Assembly: GCF_032191835.1 (NCBI RefSeq)
Contig: NC_083239.1
Coordinates: 39,060,001-39,124,000 of the forward strand
Length of the DNA: 64,000 nt
Source of the DNA: Heteronotia binoei
Taxonomy: Eukaryota
Direction: 5' to 3'
In this document: positions 34,901-48,005 of the stretch, piece by piece
Numbering within the stretch: position 1 is the first letter of the stretch
How the letters are laid out: the number at the start of each line of letters is the position of its first letter
Translations under genes and position numbers: made by a program
Notes under the pieces: model-generated
What the model was told of the DNA's origin: nothing
The model's database searches: none
What the model saw: the letters and a program-made list of their open reading frames with translations, nothing else

Positions 34901-35545
34901 AATCAGAGCTTACTTCCTCAGATACACAAAGTCTACGTTCATCGGTGGTAGTGAAAACGGCCATCAAGTTACAGCTGACTGAGAACCCCATAGGATTTTC
35001 AAGGCAAGAGATGTTCAGAGGTAATTTGCCATTTTGTGCTTTGGTGTCACACCCCTGGTATTCCTAGGAGGTCTAGCCGAGGTCAACCCTGCTTAGCTTA
35101 CGAGATCTGACAAGATCAGGCTAGCCTGGGCCATCTAGGCCGAGTTCCACAGCCACCAGGCAGGTAACATTTATATGGAAGAAAAGGGTGGGATTCTAGT
35201 AGGAGCTCCTTTGCATATTAGGCCACACATCCAGGCCTTGAATTCAGCAGGAGCTCACAGGAGTGCAGCTCCTGAACCTTTCCGAGGGTTCCCCTACCTC
35301 CTCCCCACCTACCCACCTTGTCCATTGAATAGTAAGTAGGTGCAGCTGCATAACAATCCCTGGATGAGTTCCACCACGTATTTTTCTACAAAACGACCCC
35401 TGATGTAGCCAATTCTCCAAGATCTTACAAGGCTTTTTTTGTAAGCTCTTGGAGGATTGGCTACATTGGGGGGGTGGCGACCTAATATTCAAAAGAGGTC
35501 CTGCTAGAATTCCAAAGGCAATATAAAACGAAGGAAGCTACCCAC

Positions 35546-35848
35546 CAGTAAGCTCGAGAAAGATGGTGCTCTGAATTCGTTTCTTTACATTTGGGTACCA
35601 GACCCAGCAGGTGAGCCATTTGCCCCGGTCAATTGTGGAGGGTGTGAAGGTGAAGTTAGAGCCATAGATCCAGGTACCGTTGCTTTGCTGCTGTCTCCAC
35701 TGAACTGTTCTATAGTCTACCAGAATAGTGGTCCACGAAATTTTTGCATTAATCCTCAAGCAGGGCCCTCGTGCCAAACAGGTATAAACAGCTTTCGTCC
35801 CAGAAACTACAGGAGAGTAATTCCGAATCTGTGGTTTTTCTGTCAATT
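35546..35848 (-). CDS. Siglec-B exon 3, second Ig domain
   Basis: ctttgctcag acceptor, G|GTGGGT donor, 303 nt. TCLARGPC, ISW, GSNFTFTPS, WLTCWVWYP. Clearly paralogous to 7043-7342. Confidence 0.92.
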
Positions 35849-38800
35849 CTGAGCAAAGGGGGGGGGGGGGAATACCAGACCAGAATTAAAGGAAAATTCA
35901 TTGAGGACTGACTAAGAGCAGGTATTATGAATGGTATCCTGTATCTTTTCTATTTTAGTTTCAGCTCCACTTTTCTCCTCAACGCAGACCCAACATGAAG
36001 TACAACAGCGGTCTTTTCTTTTCCACTATCTACAGAACAACCACCTTGTTAAGGTAGGTTAGGTTCAGACAGGGCTTTTTTCTTTTTTTTTGGAGCAGGA
36101 ACTCCTTTGCATATTAGGCCACAGACCCCTGATGTAGCCAATCCTCCAAAAGCTTACAGGGCCTTCTGTAAGCTCTTGGAGGATTGGCTACATCAGGAGT
36201 ATGTGGCCTAATTTGCAAAAAAGTTCCTTTGACAAAAAGCCCCCTGAGTTCAGAGAATGTAAGCCAAGTCAAAGTAAGCCAAGACCAAGGTCTACTCTGA
36301 TTCCTACTGAAGTCTATTCCATGGGGCTTAATCCCAAGGAAAAGCATTTTTTTGGATGGCACTGCCAGTGACCTTCCATGGCAGTTTCAAACCTGGTTTC
36401 CTTAGACTGTAGTCTGGCGCTCTAACCATTAGACATCTTTTGCCCTTTGCTGTCACCATGAACCCCAATGCAAGGTTGCTATTATTATTATTATTAACCT
36501 AAAAAGGTAAAGGTAGTCCCCTGTGCAAGCACCATTCATTTCTGACTCTGGGATGACGTCGCATCATGACGTTTTCACGGCAGACTTTTTACGAGGTGGT
36601 TTGCCATTGCCTTCCCCAGTCATCTACGTTCCCCCCCACCCCCCCAGCGAGCTGGGTACTCATTTTACCGATCTCAGAAGGATGGAAGGCTGAGTCAACC
36701 TTGAACCGGCTACCTGAACCCAGCTTCCACCAGGGATCGAACTCAAGTCATGAGCAGAGCTCGGGCTGCAGTACTGCAGCTTTACCACTCTGTGCCACGG
36801 GGCTGCTGATTATTAACCTACCTCTTTCCAATAAAATCTTCCAAGTCAGCTAACAATCACAAAATGATATATCTCCTCATTATAAACCAGAGCAGCAGAA
36901 CACAACAAACAATAAAACCACAATAAAGCTCCAGCTGAAAAATATGTTTGTCTATTGGCTTGTTCTTAAAGCAGCATTTTATTGGGGAGCCATGCTGGAT
37001 CAGATCAAGGGCTCACCTATTCCGGCATGCTGTTCACACAGTAGCCAACTAGCTGAAGAAGTTCAGTCTGGAGATCACCTGTGATTCCAGGAGATCTCTA
37101 GGCCCCCACTGGAGGCGAGCAACCTTCGTCTTGGTACCATTTAAGGAGTGGATGGTTGGTGCCCCTGCTAACCCTTCCTACAAACTGAGTGAATTTCCAC
37201 GAAAATCAGTTTAGTTCGTGGGAGATGCGATTGCACAAACTGTGGCTCATGAACTGGGCCCAGTTTGTGCCCATGCCCATCATGGCTAGTAGCCACTGTA
37301 ATTAGTTGCCCCTGATAGCACACCTCTGTCCACACACCTTTTAAAGCCCTCCAAGCTGGCAGCAGCCACCACATCCTGTGGCAGAGAGTTTCATAATTTA
37401 ACTACGTTCTGCACGGGAAGAAAAGTTGCACAAAAGGAACACATTTTTAGGGGGCAAAGAAAGTGCTTGTTGTGGACGATACTGGTCTGGCCCCTGTACC
37501 AAGACAAAAAGATACTAGAAATATATACACCCAGGCTGCGATCACACACGCTAAATAATGCACTTTCAATCCACTTCCAATGCACTTTTCAACTGGATTT
37601 TGCCAGTTTACACAGTAAAATGCAGTTGGAAAGTGCATCAAAAGTGGATTGGAAGTGCATTATTTAGTGGGGGTGATTGCAGCCGAAGCCAAAATATTTT
37701 AAAAAACACAGATTCCCAATGAAACCAGAGACTATGCTATTGGCAATCTTGCCAGACAAGAAGAACTTCACGAGACTTAGATCCAAGTAGTCAGTCGTGT
37801 TGGTCTGAAGTAGTAGAACAAAATAGGAGTCAAGTTGCACCTTTAAGACCAACTTAGTTTTATTCAGAATGTAAGCTTTCGTGTGCTCTCTAAGCACACT
37901 TCATCCGACAAGGTGGTTTGCCATTGCCTTCCCCAGTCATCTACACTTCCCCCCCCAGCAAGCTGGGGACTCATTTTACCGACCTCGGAAGGGTGGAAGG
38001 CTGAGTCAACCTGGAGCCGGCTACCTGAAAACACCTTGGTTAAAACCCTTATAAAAGTTATACTTATTACACATTGAGATACCGTTTGAAATATCTTCAT
38101 TATACTTATATAAAAGTTATAGTTATTACACACTGAGATACTGTTGTTTGTAATATCTTCATTATACAGTGCCAGTTAGTCATGGTTATATCTTCTCAGG
38201 GCTTTTTTTGAGCAGGAACGGCCAGGAGCGCAGTTCTGGCTGGCTTGGCATCAGGGGGTGTGGCCTAATATGCCAATGAGTTCCTGCTGGGCTTTTTCTA
38301 CCAAAAAAAAAGCCCTGTATCTTCTGAATCATCTTTATCTACCATCTCTCCTCTGTGTTATACTTATTTCTGGCCATGATGAGGTGAGCCCCCCCTCCCC
38401 CACTCAAATGATGATGCAACAGGAAGTGCAAGTGTTCTGCTTATGTGGTTTCTCGAAGCCTCCGGAAAAGATGCAAGTCCTCCAGTAGGGAGGTGGATAG
38501 CTTTGCTCCTACATTTAAAAAGTAAAAGGTAATCCCCTGCGCAAGCACCAGTTGTTTCTGACTCTGGGGTGACGTCGCATAACGACGTTTTCACGGCAGA
38601 CTTTTTACGGGGTGCTTTGCCATTGCCTTCTCCAGTCAGCTACACTTTCCCCCCGCAGCAAGCTGGGTACTCATTTTGCTGACCTCGGAGGGGTGGAAGG
38701 CTGAGTCAACCTTGAGCTGGCTACCTGAACCCAGCTTCCGGCAGGATCAAACTCAGGTTGCGAGCAGAGCTTAGGACTGCAGTACCGCAGCTTTACCACT

Positions 38801-38971
38801 CTGTGCCACAGGGCTGCTCCTACATTAGGAGACGTGAAAGGTGTATTTCAAACCTGACCAGGATGCTGAAGAACAGAAAGCATGAGGTGCTTGAGCTTCC
38901 AGCTCCACCAGCCTAACCGTTCCATCTCCTCAGCGTACATTCAGGAAAGAAATAAGGTGGGAAAGCCTTGC

Positions 38972-39385
38972 CTGTCACGACAACTTTAAGCGGCATACGA
39001 GCTGTGCCCTTGTAGTCGTGCACCATCCCCTTGGTCTCAATGCGAAAGTAGTACTCTCCTGCGTCCTGGAGTTCAACGGTAAGGATGCTGAAGGAGCAAT
39101 CGCCTGCTGTCACGTCGCCCGTTAATCGGAAACGGTTCCTCACAGAGTTGTGCAACACCATCTTGTTGTCACTGGAGGCCACGAGAATGCCTTCGACTCT
39201 TTGGAATCTGTAGCTGGTGACCAGATAATGCCAATATCTGCCTCTTTTCTCAAACCAATAGCCATGGAGTTTCTCGGAGCTGTTCCGGCTTGAAGCGAAG
39301 CTGCAGGGAATGTGGACACAGAGGCCACGCTGGACAGAGATGGAGGCGGGAACCATCAGTTTATCTTCCTTCTGGCTGAGCAAAC
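38972..39385 (-). CDS. Siglec-B exon 2, V-set sialic-acid-binding Ig domain
   Basis: Same acceptor context as Siglec-A (gtcttctttctctggaag). 414 nt, phase 1-1. ISVQRGLCVHIPCSF, RFRLTGDVTAGDCSFSI, DAGEYYFR. Donor AG|GCAAGG (GC-AG). Confidence 0.93.
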
Positions 39386-39460
39386 CTTCCAGAGAAAGAA
39401 GACAGGAGTTAGCTGGCGTATGGACAGAGGGATCGTGAAGCTCTGTTTTGCCTTGGCCCT

Positions 39461-40186
39461 CCTGAAAGGTTAATATGCAATTAAAGGGCCAAACATTAAA
39501 AACAAACTGTAAAACGAATCATAAAACGACATACATGTATTTATTGTAGAAAGCTAAAACTATTTAAGGGCCCATCATAAGCCTCTCTCCTATGTTCAAA
39601 CATAAAGCCAAAATGGGAACCCACTCAACTTGACCTGATGCGTTTCGACCTAGACTGGTCTTCTTCAGGTCAGATAGAACAATGCTGGACCACAAAGAAA
39701 TTTAATGAAGTGACAAAGGCTTAAAGATATTCTTGACACATAACTCTTGGCACATAAGCTCTGACCTTACACCTACCTTGGACCTTGTGGCATACAATAA
39801 GACACCAGATGCAATATGTATGCCCTTGATTAGGACATAAGGCTGTAGAATAACAGGCCTCAAGAATACCTTTAAGCCTTTGTCCCCTCGTTACATTTCT
39901 TTGCGGTCCAGCATTGTTCTATTTTTTTTATTGTATTCTGTATTATGAGCCAATATGTGTACTTACCCTTCTGACCTCTGAAGAAGACCAGTCTAGGTGG
40001 AAACGCGTCAGGTCAAGTTGAGTGGATTCCCACTGTGGTTTCATGACTGCACATAGGATAGAGGCTTACGATGGGCCCTTAAATGGTTTTTAGCTTTCTA
40101 CAATAAATACACGTATGTTGGTTTATGATTTATTTTACAGTTCGTTTTTAATGTTTGGCCCTTTAATTGCATATTAACCTTTCAGG
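39461..40186. mobile_element. Penelope-derived inverted-repeat insertion in Siglec-B intron 1
   Basis: Arms ~39461-39735 and ~39858-40186 are reverse complements, each carrying an HHR copy. Absent from the paralogous Siglec-A intron (~10550-10570). Confidence 0.75.
39972..40015 (+). ncRNA. Hammerhead ribozyme motif, right arm of a Penelope inverted repeat
   Basis: TGACCT-CTGAAGA-A-GACC(agtcta)GGTG-GAAA-CGCG-TC-AGGTCA: 6-bp stem I, ACGCGT palindrome, GUC site. The basal pair of stem II is mutated (G-G). A mirror copy lies at 39631-39672 on the minus strand. Confidence 0.7.
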
Positions 40187-43100
40187 TTTCTTACTCCAGT
40201 TTTTGGGTTAAGTTTCTTTCCCTTCTTCGTTTTTCCTCCTACAGTCCTAGCCAGCCCTTCCAGGATCTTTCTGTACAACGGAAGGAAGGCTCCCAGACGT
40301 CCCCAGAACTCCCAGCTTGATGGGGATGCTGCTGCGTATCCGGCCAGGGAGGCAGACGCCAAACTCTCCATCTGGAAGCAGCATTTTGAGTAGTCCAGCA
40401 GTAAAAAGGGGGAGCTGGGGTGGATGGTCTACCAAAAGAGTAGCCAAACTTACTTAATGTAAGAGCCACGCAGAATACACATCAGATGATTGAGAGCCGC
40501 AAGACATTAATGCCAGATGTTTGAGAGCTGCAAGGCAACAACAGAGGGAGGGAAGGAGGAAAGCAAATAGATGGGGAAACAAGGAGGAAGAGAGAAGTGG
40601 AAAGAAAGCAACTTTAACTTTAAATGCATTCTCCAAGCTACCAACTGGCTTGGCTTGGAGAAGCGACTGAAAGAGAGAAATGCCTTCTCCAAGCTGGCCG
40701 ACAGGATGGTGGGGGCTTGGAGAGCCACACAATATGTATGAAAGAGCCATGTGTGGCTCCCGAGCTGCAGTTTGGCCACCTCTGGTCTAGCACCTTGCAG
40801 AACAAGCTCTCCGCCATTTCTCCATGACTGCAGGTAGGAAAATGTACTTTATAGCCACTACATGAGAAGCCTGTAGGGTTGCCAACCTCCAGGTAAGGCC
40901 TGGAGACCTCTTGGAATTAATACTGATCTCCAGAGATTTTTTCCCACTGGATAAAATGGCTGCTTTGATGCATGGACTCTATGGTAGGTTGCCAAAACCA
41001 AATTAGGAAATTCATATATATTTGGGGGCAGTCAAGCTTGGGGGAACAACCTCAGCAGAGCGTGATGCTACAGAGTGTACTAAGAGGGGCAAGAACTGGG
41101 AAAATGGTGGTTCGTTTTGGTTCATGGTTCGTTTTGATTTCACAAATCAAATGAACCATGAAATAACCGAACCACCATTTTCCCTGAACCAATTTGTGGA
41201 TTGTTAGTTATGGCTGGGAGAGGGAGGGGAAGCCACTCCTCCTGTCTCCAGCCCATTAACTCTCCATTGGATCCTACAGGCCCATAGGATACCATGGAGA
41301 GATTGTGCAGTGCCTGCAGCACCGCTCTAGACAAAAGGGGTTTAAACTAGAGAGAATGGGTTTAAAGGGCCCATAAGGCACAATGCAGCAATCTCTCCCC
41401 AAATTTCTGGGATTTGGCAATGCAATTTTTAAAATAAAAAAAGATCACAGCAGAAACTAAAAATATAAACTAAAATATAAAACGCTCTGAGCAGAAGGCA
41501 AATGGGAGCTGGGTTGCCCCTATGGTAACCAACTTCCACACTGGGCCTGGCGATCTCTCAAAATTACATCCCTAGAGTTAGCCCTTCGAAACAGTCATTT
41601 TCTCCGGGGAACTGATGTCTGTTGCTAAATCCCAGTATCCTCCCACCTTTCCATTTTAAACAAAATATCACAAAGGCTCCTGTATTCTAGTTTTCCAGGT
41701 CTCCTCATCCCTATTCACCTCTATGGAGCTCAAATGCAATTAAAAACAAACAAATGTATCTGACTTTCTTGCTTGCAAAAGTAAAACTTTCCCTCTTCTA
41801 TAACCTGGCAGCAGTGCCAGCTTGCCCACTAGGCAAACTAGAGGGTTGCCTAGGGTGCCGGCAGGGCGAGGGCACCTACTTTGGCTTTTCCCCTCCTCCC
41901 CCCTAGGCAAACGGCTAGTTTGCCCATTTCCCAGCCTCCTTCTCCCTGCCTTCTTCACCCCAGGTCTATTTCAATGCCCGGAACGGCGATCGAGCACCAT
42001 GCTCCTGGGTATCTAAAGGTGCTCCCCCCGCCCCCCGGGCCGATCGGCTGATCAGCAGGTAAAGCTGCATGGTGCACTATCTGTCAGGCAGATAGTAGCA
42101 GCAGGAAGGACCAGCATCCTGAAAGGGCGCCTCAGCTGCTGCCTCCTCCCCAGGGGGGGGGGGAGGCACAGGGGGCACTGTGGAGGTGGGCGGCGGGCTG
42201 TGAGTCTGCCTAGGGCACCATGCGCCCTTGGGTTGGTGCTGCCTGGCAGAAATGATTCTCTACAAGAACGTGACTGACCCAAGGTCATACCAGCAGGTGC
42301 AGGCGAAGGAGCAGGGAATCAAACCCAGTTCTCCCAGATTAGAGTCCGTGCACTCTATTACAGGCTTTAAAATCCAAATATTACAAGTTAAAAACCTATC
42401 ACTGACATTTGATACACTTGAATCCTGTTCTTTCATTCAGAAGATTGCAACAGATTCCCTGGGGCTCCCATATGGGTCTTTTATCAGGATGAGGGCTGCT
42501 TCACCGGAGATTTGAGAACAGGGACCTCAGTGGGGTACAATGCCATAGAATCCACCCTCCAAGGCATCCATTTTCTCCAGGGAAACTGATCCCTGTAGTC
42601 TGGAGAGGGGCTGGGGTATCCCCAGGTCCCACTCGGAGGCTGGCATGCTGTGAGACAAAGAACCCCTGATTCCTCCCTGAGGTTAATGCAAATAGTAATG
42701 GAATTATTCCATCTTGCAGGTTTTGTTTATTGGGCCTCTCTGCCTACATGGCCCTTATCTTCAAGGCCAAAGTTAGGAATGTGATCGTTGCTCTTCATGA
42801 GAACCTGCGGCCCGCAGGATGGAAGGGGGGAATCAGGAATGATGGGATAACTTTCTAGAGGGTTCCAGGAAGACTGTGTCCTGATTGGATTGTCATCATC
42901 ACCTGATGCAGGTTGGCCAAAAGACTCTAACTGGGCTAAGAGCCTGGAGGGGAAAAACTAGCTTGAGTTCTAATGGACTAAAGGCCTGGACTATGATATG
43001 CTTATATTGCAACGGACAGCAACATAGAGGATACTTAAGCTATGGCTTTTGACTTTGGGACTTTAATATTGTGCCAACTAATGCAGGTTTTAGATGTGTT

Positions 43101-43793
43101 AGACGGTTAAGCTAGTTTTTCTTGTTTTCTTTTACTGTATCATTTTAGAGTGGTATGTTGTGTAGAAACAAAACTATTTCTGAAAATGACTCAAATGAAC
43201 TTCACGGATTTTTACAGGAATAGTTTTCTTGTGAGTGCTAGCTCTGGGAAGCCACAGGGTTCAGGCTTGGACTCTTTGACGCAGGTTTACCAACAAGACA
43301 GGGTCCAAAGCCTTCTCTGATGTTACCCTCTTTTGCTGGATTGTAGAAGGTCTGCTGTCTCTATGGGGGACCTCCTTTTAAAGCTATCTATGTCTGTTGC
43401 CACTACCACCTCTGAAATTCTACCATTTAATTACTCATGGAATGAAGAAGAGCTTCTTTTTTGTCTATTCTGAATTTACCACCCATTTACTACATCTGGT
43501 GCCGCTGAGTTCTTGCAATACACCATATGTAATTTTAGAAACCTCTATCACGTCCCTCACCACCACAGATGGAATTCTAGCTGGAGCACCTTTGCATATT
43601 AGGCCACACCCCCTTGATGTAGCCAATCCTCCAAGAGCTTACAAAACAGGGACTTGGAGGACTGACTACATCAGGGTAGTGTGGCCTAATATGCAAAGGA
43701 GCTCCTGCTAGAATTCCACCCCTGCTCACCACTACTTGTTTTTATATAAATGTTTGTTCCCAGAATTTTCTCATCTCTACACATCACGCCTAC

Positions 43794-43875
43794 CTTTGAC
43801 AAGAGAGACAAAGATCAGGACTGTTAGAGTTGCTGAGGAAGAGGCTGGATTCTGCGGCTTCCGGGGGGGACCCAT
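43794..43875 (-). CDS. Siglec-B coding exon 1, signal peptide MGPPRKPQNPASSSATLTVLIFVSLVK(G)
   Basis: ATG at 43875. 82 nt, G|GTAGGC donor. Paralogous to 12122-12203. Confidence 0.85.
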
Positions 43876-44429
43876 GAACAGCTAGCTCTTCCTGTTTTCC
43901 TAGTACCCTCTTATAACCACCACAAGTATCTCTCCAGGGCAGAAACTCTATAACGGAGAAAAAAGGGTTAAAGGAGATTCTAAGCAGGTAAGAACAGACC
44001 TTCCTTGAGTATCCTTGGAGCGTCTACCGAAAGTGCACCCCTAAAATCAGAATAAAGGCGGAAGTCCCAGTTCAATCTCACTTCTGTCGGCAACTGATTG
44101 GTTGGATTTAGGAGGGCTACCATCTCTTGTCTTAGAGCACATCTAGACAAAATGCACTGTTAAGGTTAAACCTGGAATGAAATCTGTGCTGTCCTTCAAC
44201 AGAAATGGCTCATTCCCCCGAGCTGCTGGTACACTTGATTAGATTTGAAATGCATGCGGGCGAAGATCGCTGCAGGGCTGAACCAAACCACAGCATTTTA
44301 AAGTGTCTCTAGAATGCCATCATTCTTGTGTTGTACATGAGGACACAGCCACGTTTACTTTGGCTCTAACACTGTCATTCTTAGTAGAAGCCCTTCCGAG
44401 CCTTTCATTCATGACAAAAGGGCCTAGAG

Positions 44430-44946
44430 CAGGGGCGTCAAACTCATTTGTTATGAGGGCTGGATCTGACATAAATGAGACCTTGTTGGGCCAGATCATG
44501 TCGGGTTGGGCCGAGCCATGTCAGGCTGGGCCATGTGTGTACTTACGTAAGGTTAGGTAGCAGAGATATAAACTTTATAAAGGACACAAATACAATTAAA
44601 TATATTTTTTTAAAAACTTAAAACATGCTTAAAACATTAGCACTTGTTGGTCTTAAAGGTGCTTTCTTTATATTTCTCCCATGGGACCCAGGGAGCTCTG
44701 GCTCTTTCCTTCCTTCCCCAGGGAACCAGGAGGGAGAGGAGCCTCAGCCAATAGAAGGAAGAGAGGCTTGGCTCAGTAGCTCTGCGATTGAGAGAGCCTG
44801 GCAAAGCAAGCTCTCCATCCTCTCCTTCCATCCAACTCAGCAAGCTGTTATGCAGAAGGAAGCAAGATCTAGGGAGAAGGAAGCAGATGACAGCCAGTCG
44901 CTCAGGGGCCTGATTCGGCCCCCAGACTGCATGTTTGACACCCCTG
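44430..44946. mobile_element. hAT-type MITE (same family at ~52908-53505 and ~56932-57515)
   Basis: CAGGGGCGTCAAAC...TTTGACACCCCTG TIRs, perfect 8-bp TSD gcctagag. Confidence 0.85.
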
Positions 44947-45882
44947 GCCTAGAGACTTAGGGCATTTCTCTGTTGCGGGAATGTATACACCCCCTCAATT
45001 CGTACCCCCTTGGTTTTCAGTTTTTTCGGCAAACCAGAGGGAGTCCCCTAAATCTGGAGAGACATCTCCCTTCTTCTCAATGCAGCCCTGATCAGAAGAT
45101 TTATTAGATATACTGACTGACAATATAAAAGAACCCTCAAACAGCCTTCAATGGTTGTGATGAGGAATGGCGACTAGGGTGGGGACCAGGAAAACGTGGG
45201 GCAACCTGCCATGTGGAAGCTGCAGCAGCTGCCAATATACCACACAAACACCTGAGGTTTTTCCTGTGTGTTATGATTTCGCATCACAATTACTTCCAAT
45301 ACACAAACTAAACCGTTTTGGCTACGTGCAAACTGGACAGGAGCACCGAGGAAGGTTCTCTAAGAGGATCGCTCGTAGCCCTGGGGAACTTTCATTGGAC
45401 AGAGCCCCGAAAAATGACACTGTGTGCATCATTGCCTGGCAATGCACACGGGGACAAGAGGGATATCAACTGGGTATAATGCCACAGCATACCATAATGG
45501 CAATCCTACACTTTGTAATGCTCTTAGGAACGCCACATGTCTTTATGGTATCTTTTTCTAAAAAAAAAAAGCCCAGCAAGAACTCATTTGCATATTAGGC
45601 CACACCCCTAACACCAAGCCAGCCAGAACTGTGTCCCTGTGCGTTCCTGCTATAAAACAGCCCTGATAAAGACCATACAGATTGATGAAACTCCTACAGC
45701 AGAGGCGTCAAAACTCATTTGTTATTGTCACTTTGTTGGTCTGGACTCTGAATGAATGATGTGGGCCATAAAATGTAACACCAGGTACCAGAGATATAAG
45801 CTTTATGTTGTCGAAGGCTTTCAGAGTCCATTGGCTGTTGTAGATTTTCCAGGCTGTTTGGCCGTGGTCTTGGCATTGTGAG

Positions 45883-45925
45883 ACCTGACGTTTCGCCAGT
45901 AACTGTGATTGGCATCCTCAGAGGC
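45883..45925 (-). ncRNA. Minimal type-I hammerhead ribozyme motif in a Penelope 3' fragment
   Basis: Minus strand reads GCCT-CTGAGGA-T-GCCA(11 nt)TGGC-GAAA-CG-TC-AGGT: full core, 4-bp stem II, GUC site, 4-bp stem I with one G-U pair. Confidence 0.72.
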
Positions 45926-47967
45926 ATAACCCAGAAAACTGGAGCTCTCTCTGGGTCAAATTGAGCTAACACTATAATTTTTTACTCCAATTCCAAAAAC
46001 CTTATTGGCATAACAATAACTTAAGAAAAAAAGAGATAGATAGCAGAACAAATCAACCAATATGCCAACAAGAAACAAAGTACAATGATTTGTAGCATTG
46101 TATATAGTGACAATAATAGGACGAAGTGAAAAAGTTCAGAACAGTAATCTCAAATGTTACAGTAATTGAAATAGTTGCAGTAAAAACCTTAACTATCATA
46201 GGAATACCTTATCTTTTACTCAAAATACAAACAAAAACAATTGATTCCTCGCAGTGACAGCAATTGACTTACTGCGGAACCCACAAAAGCTCCTATAAAT
46301 GTATTTAATCATATGCAAGACTAGATTTCTCCCAAGGATTACCATAAAAGAGGGAGCAGTGTTCTCTCTAAGTTGAGTTAGTGTGATATAGCTCACAGTT
46401 TTTTAGCCTCTGGCTCACACATTTTGGTCTTAGCTCAGGAAGGATGGCCCCAGAGCCTGAAAAAGCAAGCGGTGATACAGAAAGAAATGAGAGGGAGAAG
46501 GAAGCAGACAGTGAGTTACTCGTGGGCCTGATAGGAGCCCTCCAGGGGCCTGATTTGGCCCCCTGGCCACATGTTTGACACCCCTGGAAGAGCATCACAG
46601 GGTGTGACTTCACACAGAAACGATGTCACAACAGCTGCAACACAGTTTTTCTCTCCCTTTCCCCTCCACTGATCAGCAGAGGGCAACTGGGTCTAGTGGT
46701 AGAGAATGCAATTCCAGCTGGCTTGGTACCAGGGGGTGTGGCTTAGTATGCAAACAGTTCCTGCTGGGCTTTTTCTTTTTTAAAAAAGCCCTATGTGAAA
46801 CAATGGTGATGTCAGTGGGTGTGGCCTGATATGCAAATGAGCCCTGTCTAGGCGTAAAACATAGCAAGTACTGTGAGATTCTGGCTTGCGCTCCAGACAA
46901 ATCCAAGCTAGAAATCTGTCAAGAAAGAGGAAAGCGACTTGCATTGAACTTCAGATTCTGCACAAGATGTGCTGAAAAGCATCACACGTTTGCTCCCGCA
47001 AACTACACACTGCAGGGGAACTGAGATTTTGTTTCCAGTAGAGGAAAAAACAAAAAAAGACAGGAGCTGAAAATCAAGGCTAAGGAAGTTACCATGACAC
47101 CAGCAAGTTTAACCTTGGTTGTCTAAAAGGGTGAAAAAGGGCAGGAAATCTTCTTTGATCCACCTTAACCAAAGAGCTCCTACAACAAAACCGCTTCCTG
47201 AAATCAAACCATCCACCTGCTGGGATATTGAATAGTAGGTGCAGCTGCATAACAATCCCTGGATTAGGAGAGCGGGCAGCCATCCAGCCACCAGGGGCTT
47301 TGCCACGCCCCCAGCAGCCCTCATTAACCTCTGGAGAAGCCTGCACCACCCTTTCTCCACTTCTTATGCGATTTTGGGTGGTAGGTGGCTTGACCTGGGG
47401 GGGCAGTTCAGGAGAACCCCAGGCGAGTGAGACCTGCTTGGCTGGCTGGATCTCTAACCAGCCCAAGCAGGCCTCGCTCGCCTGGGGCTCTCCTTGCATC
47501 AGGTTGCTTTTGGCTGGAGGGGGCATATGCTGATGAGTTACACCAATGAGCGCCGCCACCTATTTTTCTACAAAACGACCCCTGCACGTTAAAACTGGCA
47601 ATGAGTAGTTGTCTGGGTTCCCCCAACTCGACATGGATTCAGACATTCAGAAGCAAGGGAACTTGTTTCTCAGCCACACCAGGACCCAGTTTGGATGATG
47701 ACCGTGATGCAGGGGGAAAGGGCCTTTAGCCTGCTCTTCCCTGGTGCCATTTTCCTAATCCAAAACAGCCTGGTAGGGGGGGGTTATTTGCTCCTAAAGG
47801 GGACTACACGTATACGATCGGATATCCGCTACAAATTCTGTGCTTAGAATTCAATTCCCAGGTGCGCAGAAGTCCAATTCAGGTTTGGACCGTGACACAC
47901 AAGGAAAGGGAGGTCAAGCCTCTCCCTTTCCCTCAGTGCCAGATTTGCTCACTGTGCTGGATTCCTC

Positions 47968-48005
47968 GTCTGATGAAGTGTGCTTAAGAGCACACGAAAG
48001 CTTAC
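47968..48005 (+). ncRNA. Hammerhead-like motif of a short Penelope-derived repeat
   Basis: GT-CTGATGA-A-GTGTGCT(taag)AGCACAC-GAAA-GC-TT-AC: 7-bp stem II and AGCT palindrome, but only a 2-bp stem I. Degenerate relatives at 21575, 21931, 37870 (minus), 8110 and 54730. Confidence 0.55.

Noticed and set aside
42720-43380. Possible solo LTR in Siglec-B intron 1
   Set aside because: The composition is suggestive, but I could not identify TG..CA ends, a TSD or a second copy.
45167-45598. ORF with PCGSCSSCQY, reminiscent of the Cys motif preceding Penelope GIY-YIG domains
   Set aside because: The downstream GIY-YIG residues cannot be aligned convincingly by eye. It needs an HMM search, so it is left uncalled.
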